The notes beneath the pieces were generated by a model. It had not been told where the DNA came from. It searched no databases and saw only the letters and a list, made by a program, of their open reading frames with translations. Shown in pieces: positions 29,913-38,314 of a stretch of 64,000 nucleotides of DNA (position 1 is the first letter of the stretch; each line of letters opens with the position of its first letter). The position numbers and the translations under genes are program-made. The stretch comes from an uncultured Desulfatitalea sp. (GTDB lineage Bacteria; Desulfobacterota; Desulfobacteria; Desulfobacterales; Desulfosarcinaceae), in the NCBI GenBank assembly GCA_963668675.2, contig CAXXMB010000001.1:1472001-1536000 (forward strand), written 5' to 3'.

Positions 29913-32267
29913 CTACCCCACCGCCACCTTCGCAACCCGCTGTGCCAATGCCAAGGCTTGGAGATTGACGCCCACGCGCAGTGCTTTCAAACCCCTCACG
30001 CTCGGCAAGTCGTCGAGTTCGAGCAACTCCATGTCATCGAGCAGATGCCCGCTGGATTGCAGGTATTGGATGTGCTGGCGCATCTCTTCTGCTTCACGGG
30101 CCTGGGCATAGACGACGGCGATGCGTCCCGGCTGGGTGAGACGCTCGCCCGAGCCTTTTACGACGGCCTTGTCCAAACGGGATTTGACGATCTCGTGGCG
30201 CACGTCGTAGGCACCATCCACGTCGAAACGCTTTTCGTCGTAACGGAAGCGAATGGAAATAGGGGCGGTGGCGTAGAAGATCAGGTGGCAAGTGTCAAGC
30301 GGCACGGCAAGCTCCGGCTTGATCTGCTCCGTGTGCCAAGCCATGCCGCAGGCCAGGATCAACTGCCACAGGATGAGGTTCTGCAAATGAAATGAGGTGA
30401 AATGGCCGTCTTCACGTATTGAACTTCCCAGATAGATCACATAGTCCAGTCCATCGGTCTGGTGCTTTTCGAAGTAGTGGGGGTATTCTGCCTGGGCCGC
30501 CGTCTCCTCCTGGTCCAGGTAGGCGGAGAGGCGCGCGTTGAGCATGGCCACACTGGTTTCATAGGCATTGCGTTCGCGGTAGACAAAGCCGCGATGGGGG
30601 TCGATGGCGTGCCGATATCTCTCCACGGCCTGGGCCACACGCGGTCCGATGCGGATCAGCTCTTCGAAGGTGGGTTCCACCTCCTTGTGCAGAAAGGCGA
30701 CCACTTCACTCTCTTCGCCGGTGCGCAGCCCATCGCCCAACCTTTCGATATGCGCTTGGATGCGATGATGAAACTGCTGGATCAACGGCCACGATTTGGC
30801 CTGACCGGCCCGGTCGAACACCTCCATGGCCAGCTCTAGCTGCTCGGTCATATCGCTCTGGATGCTTGAGCTGCGTGCCTCGGAAGACCCTCGGATGTCT
30901 GATTGGCCGTAAAGCGGAATGACGTCTTTGAAGACAATGGGCTCCAGCTCGGATGCCTCTCCCGCGTGCAGCCGTTCGAGATGGCTGAAGGCGGCTTTGC
31001 GGAAACGCCACTCCACCGATGGGTGCAGGGCGGTGCACTTCTCCTTGATGATGGTCTGCACCTCATTGTGGATATCGTCCACCCCGCGTTTGAGGGCCAT
31101 GGAGAACATGGGAACGGTCGGCTTGATCAGCATTTTGTCCATGGCGTTGAAGTCATGGGGACGGGGCGAAAGGATGAAAAAGGTGCCGATATTGGCACCC
31201 TGGTACCGCAGCGGTACGATCAAGGCAGAGCGGATTCCCATGTCGAGCAGGTCTTGCTCGGCCGGTGAGAGATGCGTTTCGGCAGCCAGGTCCGGCATGA
31301 TGATCATGTCGTTCTGGCTGACAGCCCGCAGCCACATGGAACCCTTGAGGTCATTCAGAGAGATGTGGTTGGAGTTTTTGAAGATGCAGTTGGTGGTAGT
31401 GTGCGCCTCATCGGTGACAACCCACACCTGATCCCCATGCATGGCGCCCAATCCGGCGCGCAACTCCGGCCGCCCGAAAAGGGTTCGCAGGCGTTGCTGG
31501 AGTCGACCAAAGCCGTCGTTGCAAAAGATGGTCTCCTGGTCGATCACCCCTCTTTCCAGATCGGCAAGCACCTCGGATTGGGTGACGTCCACCGCCCTTA
31601 TCACGATGAAGCCGCGAAATTCGAACTGCTGGGGCGGAATGAGCCGTGCCAGGGCTTCCGGGTTGTCGATGTTCTCCGAAATAAGGCTTTTCTGTTCAGG
31701 GCTGAGGGGTATCGGCGCCCTCTGGGTTTGCACCCGCAGGAACTGCCAGTCGGGCAGCATCTGGTAGTAGCGTTCCAATCCGCTCTCCGGATCGGTTACG
31801 GCGCGGATCACCGGAATATTGCGCCCCTGACCGATGCCGTACACCTTGTCCAGAATGAGCCAGTAGGCGCGCAACTGGTGAAACTGCAGAATGTCCTGCT
31901 CCGGTTTTTTAAGGCTGCCGCGTATGGCGCCATCCGCAGAAAGAAACTGCCTACCGAACCGTGGGGTGTAATAAAACGGCTGGTTGGCCAATGGGGTGAC
32001 AGCGCCGGCCAGGTCGCTCTCCCATGACGAGGCGGGGAAGACAGCGGCCATCAGCGGCACGATCTCCTCTTCGTACTGTTCGATGACGCCGGGGTCGTCG
32101 ATGTCGCCATTGAGTTCGGGGTTGTCCAAAATGTTGCGCTCGAACAACTCGAACATCTTCGCCAAATCCTGGCATTTGGGTGCAACATTCGCCCGCCAGA
32201 AATCGAGCAGTGGCTCGAGACTCAACACCGACAAAAATTCGTGTTCGGCCTGATCGTCGCTATGCAT
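29913..32267 (-). CDS. Large GAF-domain protein with putative divergent class III nucleotide cyclase C-terminal domain
   Basis: GAF segment (GIRSALIVPL....IGTF.ILS...DF); motifs SDIRGS, KHQTDG, RFDVDG, SRLDK, PGRIAV; AGGAG RBS before ATG 32267. Confidence 0.8.
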   Translation of the reverse strand: MHSDDQAEHEFLSVLSLEPLLDFWRANVAPKCQDLAKMFELFERNILDNPELNGDIDDPGVIEQYEEEIVPLMAAVFPASSWESDLAGAVTPLANQPFYYTPRFGRQFLSADGAIRGSLKKPEQDILQFHQLRAYWLILDKVYGIGQGRNIPVIRAVTDPESGLERYYQMLPDWQFLRVQTQRAPIPLSPEQKSLISENIDNPEALARLIPPQQFEFRGFIVIRAVDVTQSEVLADLERGVIDQETIFCNDGFGRLQQRLRTLFGRPELRAGLGAMHGDQVWVVTDEAHTTTNCIFKNSNHISLNDLKGSMWLRAVSQNDMIIMPDLAAETHLSPAEQDLLDMGIRSALIVPLRYQGANIGTFFILSPRPHDFNAMDKMLIKPTVPMFSMALKRGVDDIHNEVQTIIKEKCTALHPSVEWRFRKAAFSHLERLHAGEASELEPIVFKDVIPLYGQSDIRGSSEARSSSIQSDMTEQLELAMEVFDRAGQAKSWPLIQQFHHRIQAHIERLGDGLRTGEESEVVAFLHKEVEPTFEELIRIGPRVAQAVERYRHAIDPHRGFVYRERNAYETSVAMLNARLSAYLDQEETAAQAEYPHYFEKHQTDGLDYVIYLGSSIREDGHFTSFHLQNLILWQLILACGMAWHTEQIKPELAVPLDTCHLIFYATAPISIRFRYDEKRFDVDGAYDVRHEIVKSRLDKAVVKGSGERLTQPGRIAVVYAQAREAEEMRQHIQYLQSSGHLLDDMELLELDDLPSVRGLKALRVGVNLQALALAQRVAKVAVG

Positions 32268-32281
32268 GGTATCTCTCCTAT

Positions 32282-32325
32282 GGTTCAAAACCAACCTATA
32301 CGAGTAACAGATTAGGTTTTGAACC
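32282..32325. promoter_or_regulatory. 11-bp perfect inverted repeat between the FeoB-associated gene and the GAF gene
   Basis: GGTTCAAAACC (32282-32292) ... GGTTTTGAACC (32315-32325). Confidence 0.5.
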
Positions 32326-32364
32326 GGTCAGGTCACCATAATCATCAAATCGCTTGAAGCCAAA

Positions 32365-32547
32365 TCAGATGGGGTCTTTGGGATCGTCCGTTTCGGGACT
32401 GGGGCAGGTGTTGATCTGGTTCTGACTGCAACATCCACAGCCGCCAGCACAGCCATCGGTTTTACTGTTGCTAACCTTTTTGTAAAAGCGCCAGCCGAGT
32501 AAAAAAGCTGCCAGCAGTACAATTACCACCACAATTGCGGTCTGCAT
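32365..32547 (-). CDS. FeoB-associated Cys-rich membrane protein
   Basis: N-terminal TM then GCAGGCGCC...C; immediately after feoB. Confidence 0.85.
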   Translation of the reverse strand: MQTAIVVVIVLLAAFLLGWRFYKKVSNSKTDGCAGGCGCCSQNQINTCPSPETDDPKDPI

Positions 32548-32576
32548 GTGCGCCCCCTTTTATTGTACGTTCAACA

Positions 32577-34790
32577 TCAGAAACCGGCCAATGTGCCGAT
32601 TTGAAATACGGTGGTGGCCAGCAAAAAAGCCAGCACGGTATTGAACACCATTGAAAAAAGCCCCCACTTCCATGAGCCGGCCTCCCTGACAATACAGACC
32701 ACCGAGACGAAACAGGGGGCGTAGAACATGACAAATATCATCAGGCTCAAGGCGGTCAGCGGTCGCCAATGGGGCGAGTTGGCCAGCGTCTCGGCGAGAG
32801 AACTGTTCGCCTCCGGGTCCACCTCTCCAAGGGAGTAGGCGGTCCCGAGGGTCGCCACGATGACCTCTTTGGCCGCAAAGCCCCCTACAAGGGCGATATT
32901 GGTCCGCCAGTCCAAACCGGCCCAGCGGCTAAACGTTTCGAGTCCGGTGCCCATACGGCCGGCAACCGAGTGTCTCAGAGCCGCCTCGGCCTGGGCGGCC
33001 TCGATGGTGAGCAGTTGTACTTTTGCTTTCCGGGCGGCCTCTGTAAGGGGTCGGTCGCCATCTGAATGGTTGACTTCGGCGGCGACATCCGCAGGCAGAG
33101 CGGTCAAAATCGCCTCTCGCCGGTTCTCGAATTCCACCACCCGATCCTCGGGCAAACCAGGGAAGGTCATCAGGGCAAAAAGGATCACCGATATCCCCAG
33201 AATCACGGTGCCGGCCTTTTGGATATACTGCCAGGTCCGTTCCCAAGTGTGGATCAGCAGCCCCTTGAAGGTGGGCAGACGATAGGGCGGCAACTCCATC
33301 ACGAAGGGCGTGGCAGCGCCTTTGATCACGGTGGAGCGCAGGAGCTTTGCCACCAGCAGGGCGCCGGCCCAGGCAACCAGTGTAATGATAAACATCATCA
33401 GGGCCTCCTTATCGGCAAAAAAGGCGGCCACAAGCAGTGCGAAAACCGGCAGTTTGGCCCCGCAGTTCATGAACGGCACGGTGAGCAAGGTGGCCAGGCG
33501 CTCCCGTTTGGACTTGAGCGTGCGGGTGGCCATGACACCCGGCACGGCGCACCCCCCGGCAATGCCGCCGGAGACGATAAAGGCCATGACCGAGCTGCCG
33601 TGCAGCCCGAAGATGCGAAAGACGCGATCCAGCATGAAGGCGACCCGGGCCAGGTAGCCCGAATCCTCCAGCAAGGCGATGCCGAAGAACATGAACATGA
33701 TCAGGGGTACGAATCCGAGCACACCGCCGACACCATCGATCACCCCGGAAATGATCATCGCCTTTAGAAGTCCGTCGGGCATAAGACGATCCACAACGCT
33801 GCCCATCCATGCGAAGAGGTCCTCGCTCCAGGCCACAGGCAATGCGCTGTATGTAAAGGTGAAATGGTAGAGGGCGAAAAGGACGGCCAACATGATCAAG
33901 GGGCCGGCAAAGCGGTTGACCACCACCTTGTCGATCTTATCCGATATGAAGAGCCGATTACGGTCGCCGCCATAGGAGATGACCCCCTGCTTGAGGACCG
34001 ACCGGATATAGCCATAGCGATAGTCGGCGACCACTGCCTCCGGATAGCTCTCTGCGGTCCTTTCGAGATGGCGTTGAACCTCCTGGACGATGCGCTCCAG
34101 CTGGCCGGCGGTCTCGTCGTCCCGCTGCCGGCCGAGGCAACGGATCTGTTCGTCGTTCTCCATGTACTTGAGCGCGGTCCAGCGTTCGGGGTAGATATCG
34201 GTCATGAACGCGCGCTCCCGGACGATGGCTTCCATCCGGTCCAGTGCGGGATCGATATCGGGTCCGTAAGAGATCTGCAGCTCTGTGCCGCCGCCCTCCT
34301 CGTCGAGCAGCCGGAGGGCGGCCCGGATCAGCTCCTCCTTACCCCGGCCGCTGCGGGCCATGGTGGGCACCACCGGTACACCCAACAGGCGTGAGAGGGC
34401 CTGGTGGTCGATCGTTATTCCGCGGCTGTCGGCCATGTCGATCATATTGAGGGCGATGCACACCGGCATCCCCATTTCGATAAACTGCAGGGTCAGGTAG
34501 AGATTGCGTTCCAGATTGGACGCATCGACGATGTTGATCACCACGCCGGGTTTCTCATTGACCAGAAAGTCGCGCGCGACCACCTCCTCCAGCGAATAAG
34601 CGGTCAGAGAGTACGTTCCTGGCAGATCGACAATGTTCATCCGGTGGCCGTTGAGTTTGTAGACACCCTGCTTTTTCTCTACGGTAACACCGGGGTAGTT
34701 GCCCACATGCTGTCGGGCGCCGGTCAGGCTGTTGAACAGCGTCGTCTTGCCGCAGTTGGGATTTCCGGCCAGGGCGATCATGGCTTCCAT
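32577..34790 (-). CDS. feoB: Ferrous iron transporter B
   Basis: GNPNCGKT, GNYPGVTVE, DLPGTYSL, LEDSGYLAR, PFMNCGAKLP, MELPPYR, AKEVIV, FYAPC. Confidence 0.98.
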   Translation of the reverse strand: MEAMIALAGNPNCGKTTLFNSLTGARQHVGNYPGVTVEKKQGVYKLNGHRMNIVDLPGTYSLTAYSLEEVVARDFLVNEKPGVVINIVDASNLERNLYLTLQFIEMGMPVCIALNMIDMADSRGITIDHQALSRLLGVPVVPTMARSGRGKEELIRAALRLLDEEGGGTELQISYGPDIDPALDRMEAIVRERAFMTDIYPERWTALKYMENDEQIRCLGRQRDDETAGQLERIVQEVQRHLERTAESYPEAVVADYRYGYIRSVLKQGVISYGGDRNRLFISDKIDKVVVNRFAGPLIMLAVLFALYHFTFTYSALPVAWSEDLFAWMGSVVDRLMPDGLLKAMIISGVIDGVGGVLGFVPLIMFMFFGIALLEDSGYLARVAFMLDRVFRIFGLHGSSVMAFIVSGGIAGGCAVPGVMATRTLKSKRERLATLLTVPFMNCGAKLPVFALLVAAFFADKEALMMFIITLVAWAGALLVAKLLRSTVIKGAATPFVMELPPYRLPTFKGLLIHTWERTWQYIQKAGTVILGISVILFALMTFPGLPEDRVVEFENRREAILTALPADVAAEVNHSDGDRPLTEAARKAKVQLLTIEAAQAEAALRHSVAGRMGTGLETFSRWAGLDWRTNIALVGGFAAKEVIVATLGTAYSLGEVDPEANSSLAETLANSPHWRPLTALSLMIFVMFYAPCFVSVVCIVREAGSWKWGLFSMVFNTVLAFLLATTVFQIGTLAGF

Positions 34791-34791
34791 G

Positions 34792-35028
34792 CTACTCTTC
34801 TACCTCCACATCGATAAAATCCGCCTCGCTGTTACGCAATGTTAAGGTGAAACCCATCAAACGCAAGGCCACCGGGTCATATAAAGGTGCGCGTCCCTGG
34901 ACGGTAATTTCCGTGCCGGGAACGAGCCCCATGTCGCGAATACGCCGCCCCAGCTCCCCTTGAGCGGTAATGGCGGCAATGACCCCTGACTGTTTCGCCT
35001 TCATTTGCCGCATATTCACTTTGTGCAT
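34792..35028 (-). CDS. feoA: Ferrous iron transport protein A
   Basis: RRIRDMGLVPG, APLYDP, LTLRNSEA; GGAGG RBS. Confidence 0.95.
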   Translation of the reverse strand: MHKVNMRQMKAKQSGVIAAITAQGELGRRIRDMGLVPGTEITVQGRAPLYDPVALRLMGFTLTLRNSEADFIDVEVEE

Positions 35029-35072
35029 TTCGAACCTCCAGCTGCAGTATCTATTTGATCATTTTTTGATTT

Positions 35073-35088
35073 GTTAGCTATACCTAAC
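35073..35088. promoter_or_regulatory. Candidate DtxR/MntR-family operator overlapping the feoA promoter
   Basis: GTTAGCTATACCTAAC near-palindrome (TTAG-N6-CTAA); minus-strand TTGACA at 35103-35098 puts the -10 region inside it. Confidence 0.7.
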
Positions 35089-35136
35089 TTTTATGGTTGT
35101 CAACTCGTTTTTTAACAACACCCTATTTTTTTGTTT

Positions 35137-35165
35137 TTGACTAATAAAGATTGGGGTGCTACTTT
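35137..35165 (+). promoter_or_regulatory. sigma70 promoter of the DtxR-family gene
   Basis: TTGACT, 17 nt, TACTTT with TGn extension; 23 nt before ATG 35189. Confidence 0.65.
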
Positions 35166-35188
35166 GTTCCAAACAAAAAGGAGGCAGG

Positions 35189-35695
35189 ATGTCCACCCGA
35201 GATGATCTTTCGGATAGTTTGGAGAACTATCTTGAAGCAATTCTGGAGCTTGAAGAGACCCAGAAAGTGGCCAGGGCAAAGGAGATCGCAGATCGTTTGA
35301 AGATACAACGCGGTTCGGTCACCGGGGGCCTCAAGACGCTGTCCGAGAAGGGCTACATCAACTACCAGCCCTATAGCTATATAACGCTTACAGCAAAAGG
35401 CAAGCGTATCGCGCGCGACATCGCCCACCGCCATGCGGTGATCAAGGAGTTTCTGCTGAAGGTGCTCCAGATCGACCCGTTGACGGCAGAGACCTCCGCC
35501 TGCCGGATGGAGCATGCCATCGACCCGAAAAGCATCGAACGCCTGGTCTGTTTCATCGAGTACATCTTCACCTGCCCCCGGGCGGGCGAAGAGTGGATTC
35601 AGTCGTTTCTGAGCTACTGCGCCGGTGGCAACCGCAAACAGGCCGACTGCAAAAAGTGTATCGATTCGATCAGGAACGAAGTTGCCTCGTCCTGA
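35189..35695 (+). CDS. DtxR/MntR-family metal-dependent regulator with Cys-rich C-terminus
   Basis: LENYLEAI, SVT..LK.L, LTAKG, RH..IKEFL, ACRMEH; AGGAGG RBS. Confidence 0.93.
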   Translation: MSTRDDLSDSLENYLEAILELEETQKVARAKEIADRLKIQRGSVTGGLKTLSEKGYINYQPYSYITLTAKGKRIARDIAHRHAVIKEFLLKVLQIDPLTAETSACRMEHAIDPKSIERLVCFIEYIFTCPRAGEEWIQSFLSYCAGGNRKQADCKKCIDSIRNEVASS

Positions 35696-35771
35696 ACGGT
35701 ACCGAACGACTCTCTTTTGAACAAAGCTCCGGAAACGCACTTCAGAGAGAGCGCACTCCGAGAAATCCAAT

Positions 35772-36761
35772 ATGTACCTGGCCCGTCTGAGCAAAAAGGG
35801 AAAACCCCGTTTTGTGATCCGCCAATCCTACCCCGACGGCAGCGGCATGAAGAGCCGCGACCTGTTCGACTTGGGTGCCGACCCGACCCGCTACATCGTC
35901 TACGTGGGCGGCACCGGGTACTACTATGACACTGTTGTTTACGACGCCTTGGCCGAAGCCGGCGTGGCGGAGGGAGAGGATGAGCTGGACCGAATTCTGT
36001 TCGAATTCCTCGATCCCAGCATCCAGCGCGTCATCCGCGGGTTCGATCGCGGCCGCCGCCACCGCAAGCGACCCGTGGCACTGGGACAGGGTGAGGACGC
36101 ACCGCACCCCATTCACCTCTTCGACAAACGCCGTTACCACTACCTGAGGTTCGGCCACAGCGAGCAGCGCCAAATCCACCGTGTCCCGGAGAAGGTCTTC
36201 CGGGAACTGCATGCCAAATCCCGCGACGAACTGGAGCAGTACTTTCTGTCCGAGGAGCGCTCTCTCCGACCCCATCAGCGGCCGCACTATGTCTCCGTGA
36301 TCTTCGAATTGAAACGGTTTACCCCCGACAAGGAGCGGGGTGTCCACCTGCTCGAGCAGATAGACGATTTTTTCATCTCCCGCCTCTGCCGATTCAACGC
36401 CGATGCGCGCCTCTGGGACGAGGCCTCGGAAACGGATGGGCTGCGCGACTATCTGGTCAAGTATGCCATCATGTATTTCGACTACGAAGCGCCCCATAAC
36501 TCACCGTGGCAGGCCTATGTGGAAGATTTCATCCGCCGCCATCGCGCCTATCATCCGCCACGCAAGGTGCAGATTAAAACCGAGGAGGCCGGCCGCCTCT
36601 TCGGGATGCCCTGGAAGAAGCTTAAGGTGCTGGACAAACGATCGTTGTCACGCCTCTACCGACAACTGGCGCTCAAGCTTCACCCGGATCAAGGCGGCGA
36701 TCCGGAACTGTTTCGCAAGCTCTCCCACTACTACGAAGTACTGTCGAAAAAGCGACGCTGA
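35772..36761 (+). CDS. Protein with C-terminal J-domain-like segment
   Basis: LYRQLALKLHPDQGGDPELFRKL (HPD motif) at the C-terminus. Confidence 0.8.
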   Translation: MYLARLSKKGKPRFVIRQSYPDGSGMKSRDLFDLGADPTRYIVYVGGTGYYYDTVVYDALAEAGVAEGEDELDRILFEFLDPSIQRVIRGFDRGRRHRKRPVALGQGEDAPHPIHLFDKRRYHYLRFGHSEQRQIHRVPEKVFRELHAKSRDELEQYFLSEERSLRPHQRPHYVSVIFELKRFTPDKERGVHLLEQIDDFFISRLCRFNADARLWDEASETDGLRDYLVKYAIMYFDYEAPHNSPWQAYVEDFIRRHRAYHPPRKVQIKTEEAGRLFGMPWKKLKVLDKRSLSRLYRQLALKLHPDQGGDPELFRKLSHYYEVLSKKRR

Positions 36762-36824
36762 AAAGAACAATTGCGACAAGGGTGAATCGATGTTAGAGGA
36801 CAAAAGGCGTAAATGCTTCAATAC

Positions 36825-36845
36825 AGGCGGTCATAAAGCCCGCCC
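36825..36845 (+). repeat. REP-like palindrome, copy 2
   Basis: AGGCGGTCATAAAGCCCGCCC. Confidence 0.5.
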
Positions 36846-36927
36846 TTCGATACAATGGACTCAATAACATTGAGGTTCATATTCCAAACGCAGACAGGTG
36901 ACAGCTCAAACAGAAAGGTTTCCGCTG

Positions 36928-37293
36928 ATGAGTGCAAACGCAAATTTGATCCTGATGGCCCTGTTCGGCATCCTTGTGGGGATTGGCGCCTCCTTTTCCG
37001 GGTTGGGAGGCGGTTTTCTGATGGTGCCGCTGCTGCTGTTCATGGGCTACACGGCCCAGAAATCGGTGGGCACCTCATTTCTGGCCATCCTGGTCATCTC
37101 CATCTCCGCCCTGGTGGCCCACAACAAGTTGGCCAACATCGACTACCGGGCCGGCATCCTGCTGGGCATCGGCGGGATCGTCGGCGCACAGATCGGGTCG
37201 CGGCTGGTCGAGCATGTGAGCACGGCCAACTTTAAAAAAATCTTTGCGCTGATTCTGGTGGGATTGGCGATCTATATGTTTTTCAAAAAGTAG
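36928..37293 (+). CDS. TauE/SafE-family permease, half-size (121 aa)
   Basis: GLGGGFLMVPLL, VGTS, G.IVGAQIGS; about 4 TMs. Confidence 0.85.
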   Translation: MSANANLILMALFGILVGIGASFSGLGGGFLMVPLLLFMGYTAQKSVGTSFLAILVISISALVAHNKLANIDYRAGILLGIGGIVGAQIGSRLVEHVSTANFKKIFALILVGLAIYMFFKK

Positions 37294-37318
37294 AACCCGT
37301 CTCAAACAGGGGAGACGA

Positions 37319-37498
37319 TCACCGGCCGATCTCCCCGTCCAGCGCCCGTCGCAGATAATCCATCTCCGCCCTCGCTTGGCGCAACTTCTCCTTGACCCGC
37401 ACGTGCTCATCGTGCGAACAGAGCGCCAGCGCCCTTTCCAACTCTTCGACAGCCTTTTGGGAGCGGTATAACTCCCGGGCCAATAGCTTGATGCTCAT
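37319..37498 (-). CDS. Small coiled-coil protein, 59 aa (not in ORF track)
   Basis: MSIKLLARELYRSQKAVEELERALALCSHDEHVRVKEKLRQARAEMDYLRRALDGEIGR*; 18 nt after the MCE gene stop. Confidence 0.65.
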   Translation of the reverse strand: MSIKLLARELYRSQKAVEELERALALCSHDEHVRVKEKLRQARAEMDYLRRALDGEIGR

Positions 37499-37516
37499 GT
37501 CGCTGTCAGATCCGGC

Positions 37517-38221
37517 TCAGATATTTCTAATCCGTCGAACCTCCCTTTCGAGGGGTTCCAGCTCCTCCTCACGGCCATCGGGCTCGAGCTCCTTCCTCAG
37601 TTCGTCAAGCTCCCTGCGTATGCGAGGCAGCCACTCGCGTTCGATCCGGTCGCGCGCCTGCTCCCCGGCCCGCTCCATCTCCCTGGCCCACTCCTCAAGG
37701 GAGCGCTTCAACTGACGATAGGCATCACTTTCCGGGATTCCCTTAACGTCGCGCCCGAACTTGTCGAACAGCTCCTGAAGATAGCCCAACCCCTTCTCCA
37801 CCTCTCGACGCCATTGGGAAAAGGCGCTATCGGGGGAATCCATGCCCTTCACTGATGCGCCGTCCTGCAACAAGCGGCCGCCGCTTCTCGTCAGCTCGAT
37901 GATCACCACCCGGCTGCCGGAGCGCGTCGGGTCGGCAGCCGTATAGAAGCGCGAGTACTCGGTCAACGCCTTTTCATAACCGTTGTCCACCTCGATACCC
38001 ACCTGATAGGTCCCGTCCTTCCGGTAGGCTATGGAGGTCACCGTTCCGGCCGGGTTATCCTGGAAGAGGACCCTATCCCCCTCGGCCAGACCGGACAAAC
38101 GGTTGAAATCAACATCGATACGGATCGCATCCGGCCCACAGGCAACCAGCATCAGGCCCGTCAGCAAAATTCCCACGCATCTCCGAAGAGAGCTGGACGT
38201 TGAATGAAAATATTTTCCCAT
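37517..38221 (-). CDS. MCE/MlaD-domain lipoprotein with helical C-terminus
   Basis: Lipobox LVAC; F....GL..GD.V......G.V..I MCE pattern; amphipathic charged tail. Confidence 0.75.
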   Translation of the reverse strand: MGKYFHSTSSSLRRCVGILLTGLMLVACGPDAIRIDVDFNRLSGLAEGDRVLFQDNPAGTVTSIAYRKDGTYQVGIEVDNGYEKALTEYSRFYTAADPTRSGSRVVIIELTRSGGRLLQDGASVKGMDSPDSAFSQWRREVEKGLGYLQELFDKFGRDVKGIPESDAYRQLKRSLEEWAREMERAGEQARDRIEREWLPRIRRELDELRKELEPDGREEELEPLEREVRRIRNI

Positions 38222-38314
38222 GATAAAGCCCCTTAAAACCATCCTCCTAATATCGCTCCAATCCCTTCACTCTCCTACTTTAAACATTCCAATTTAAACG
38301 CCGGCGAGGCCGGC

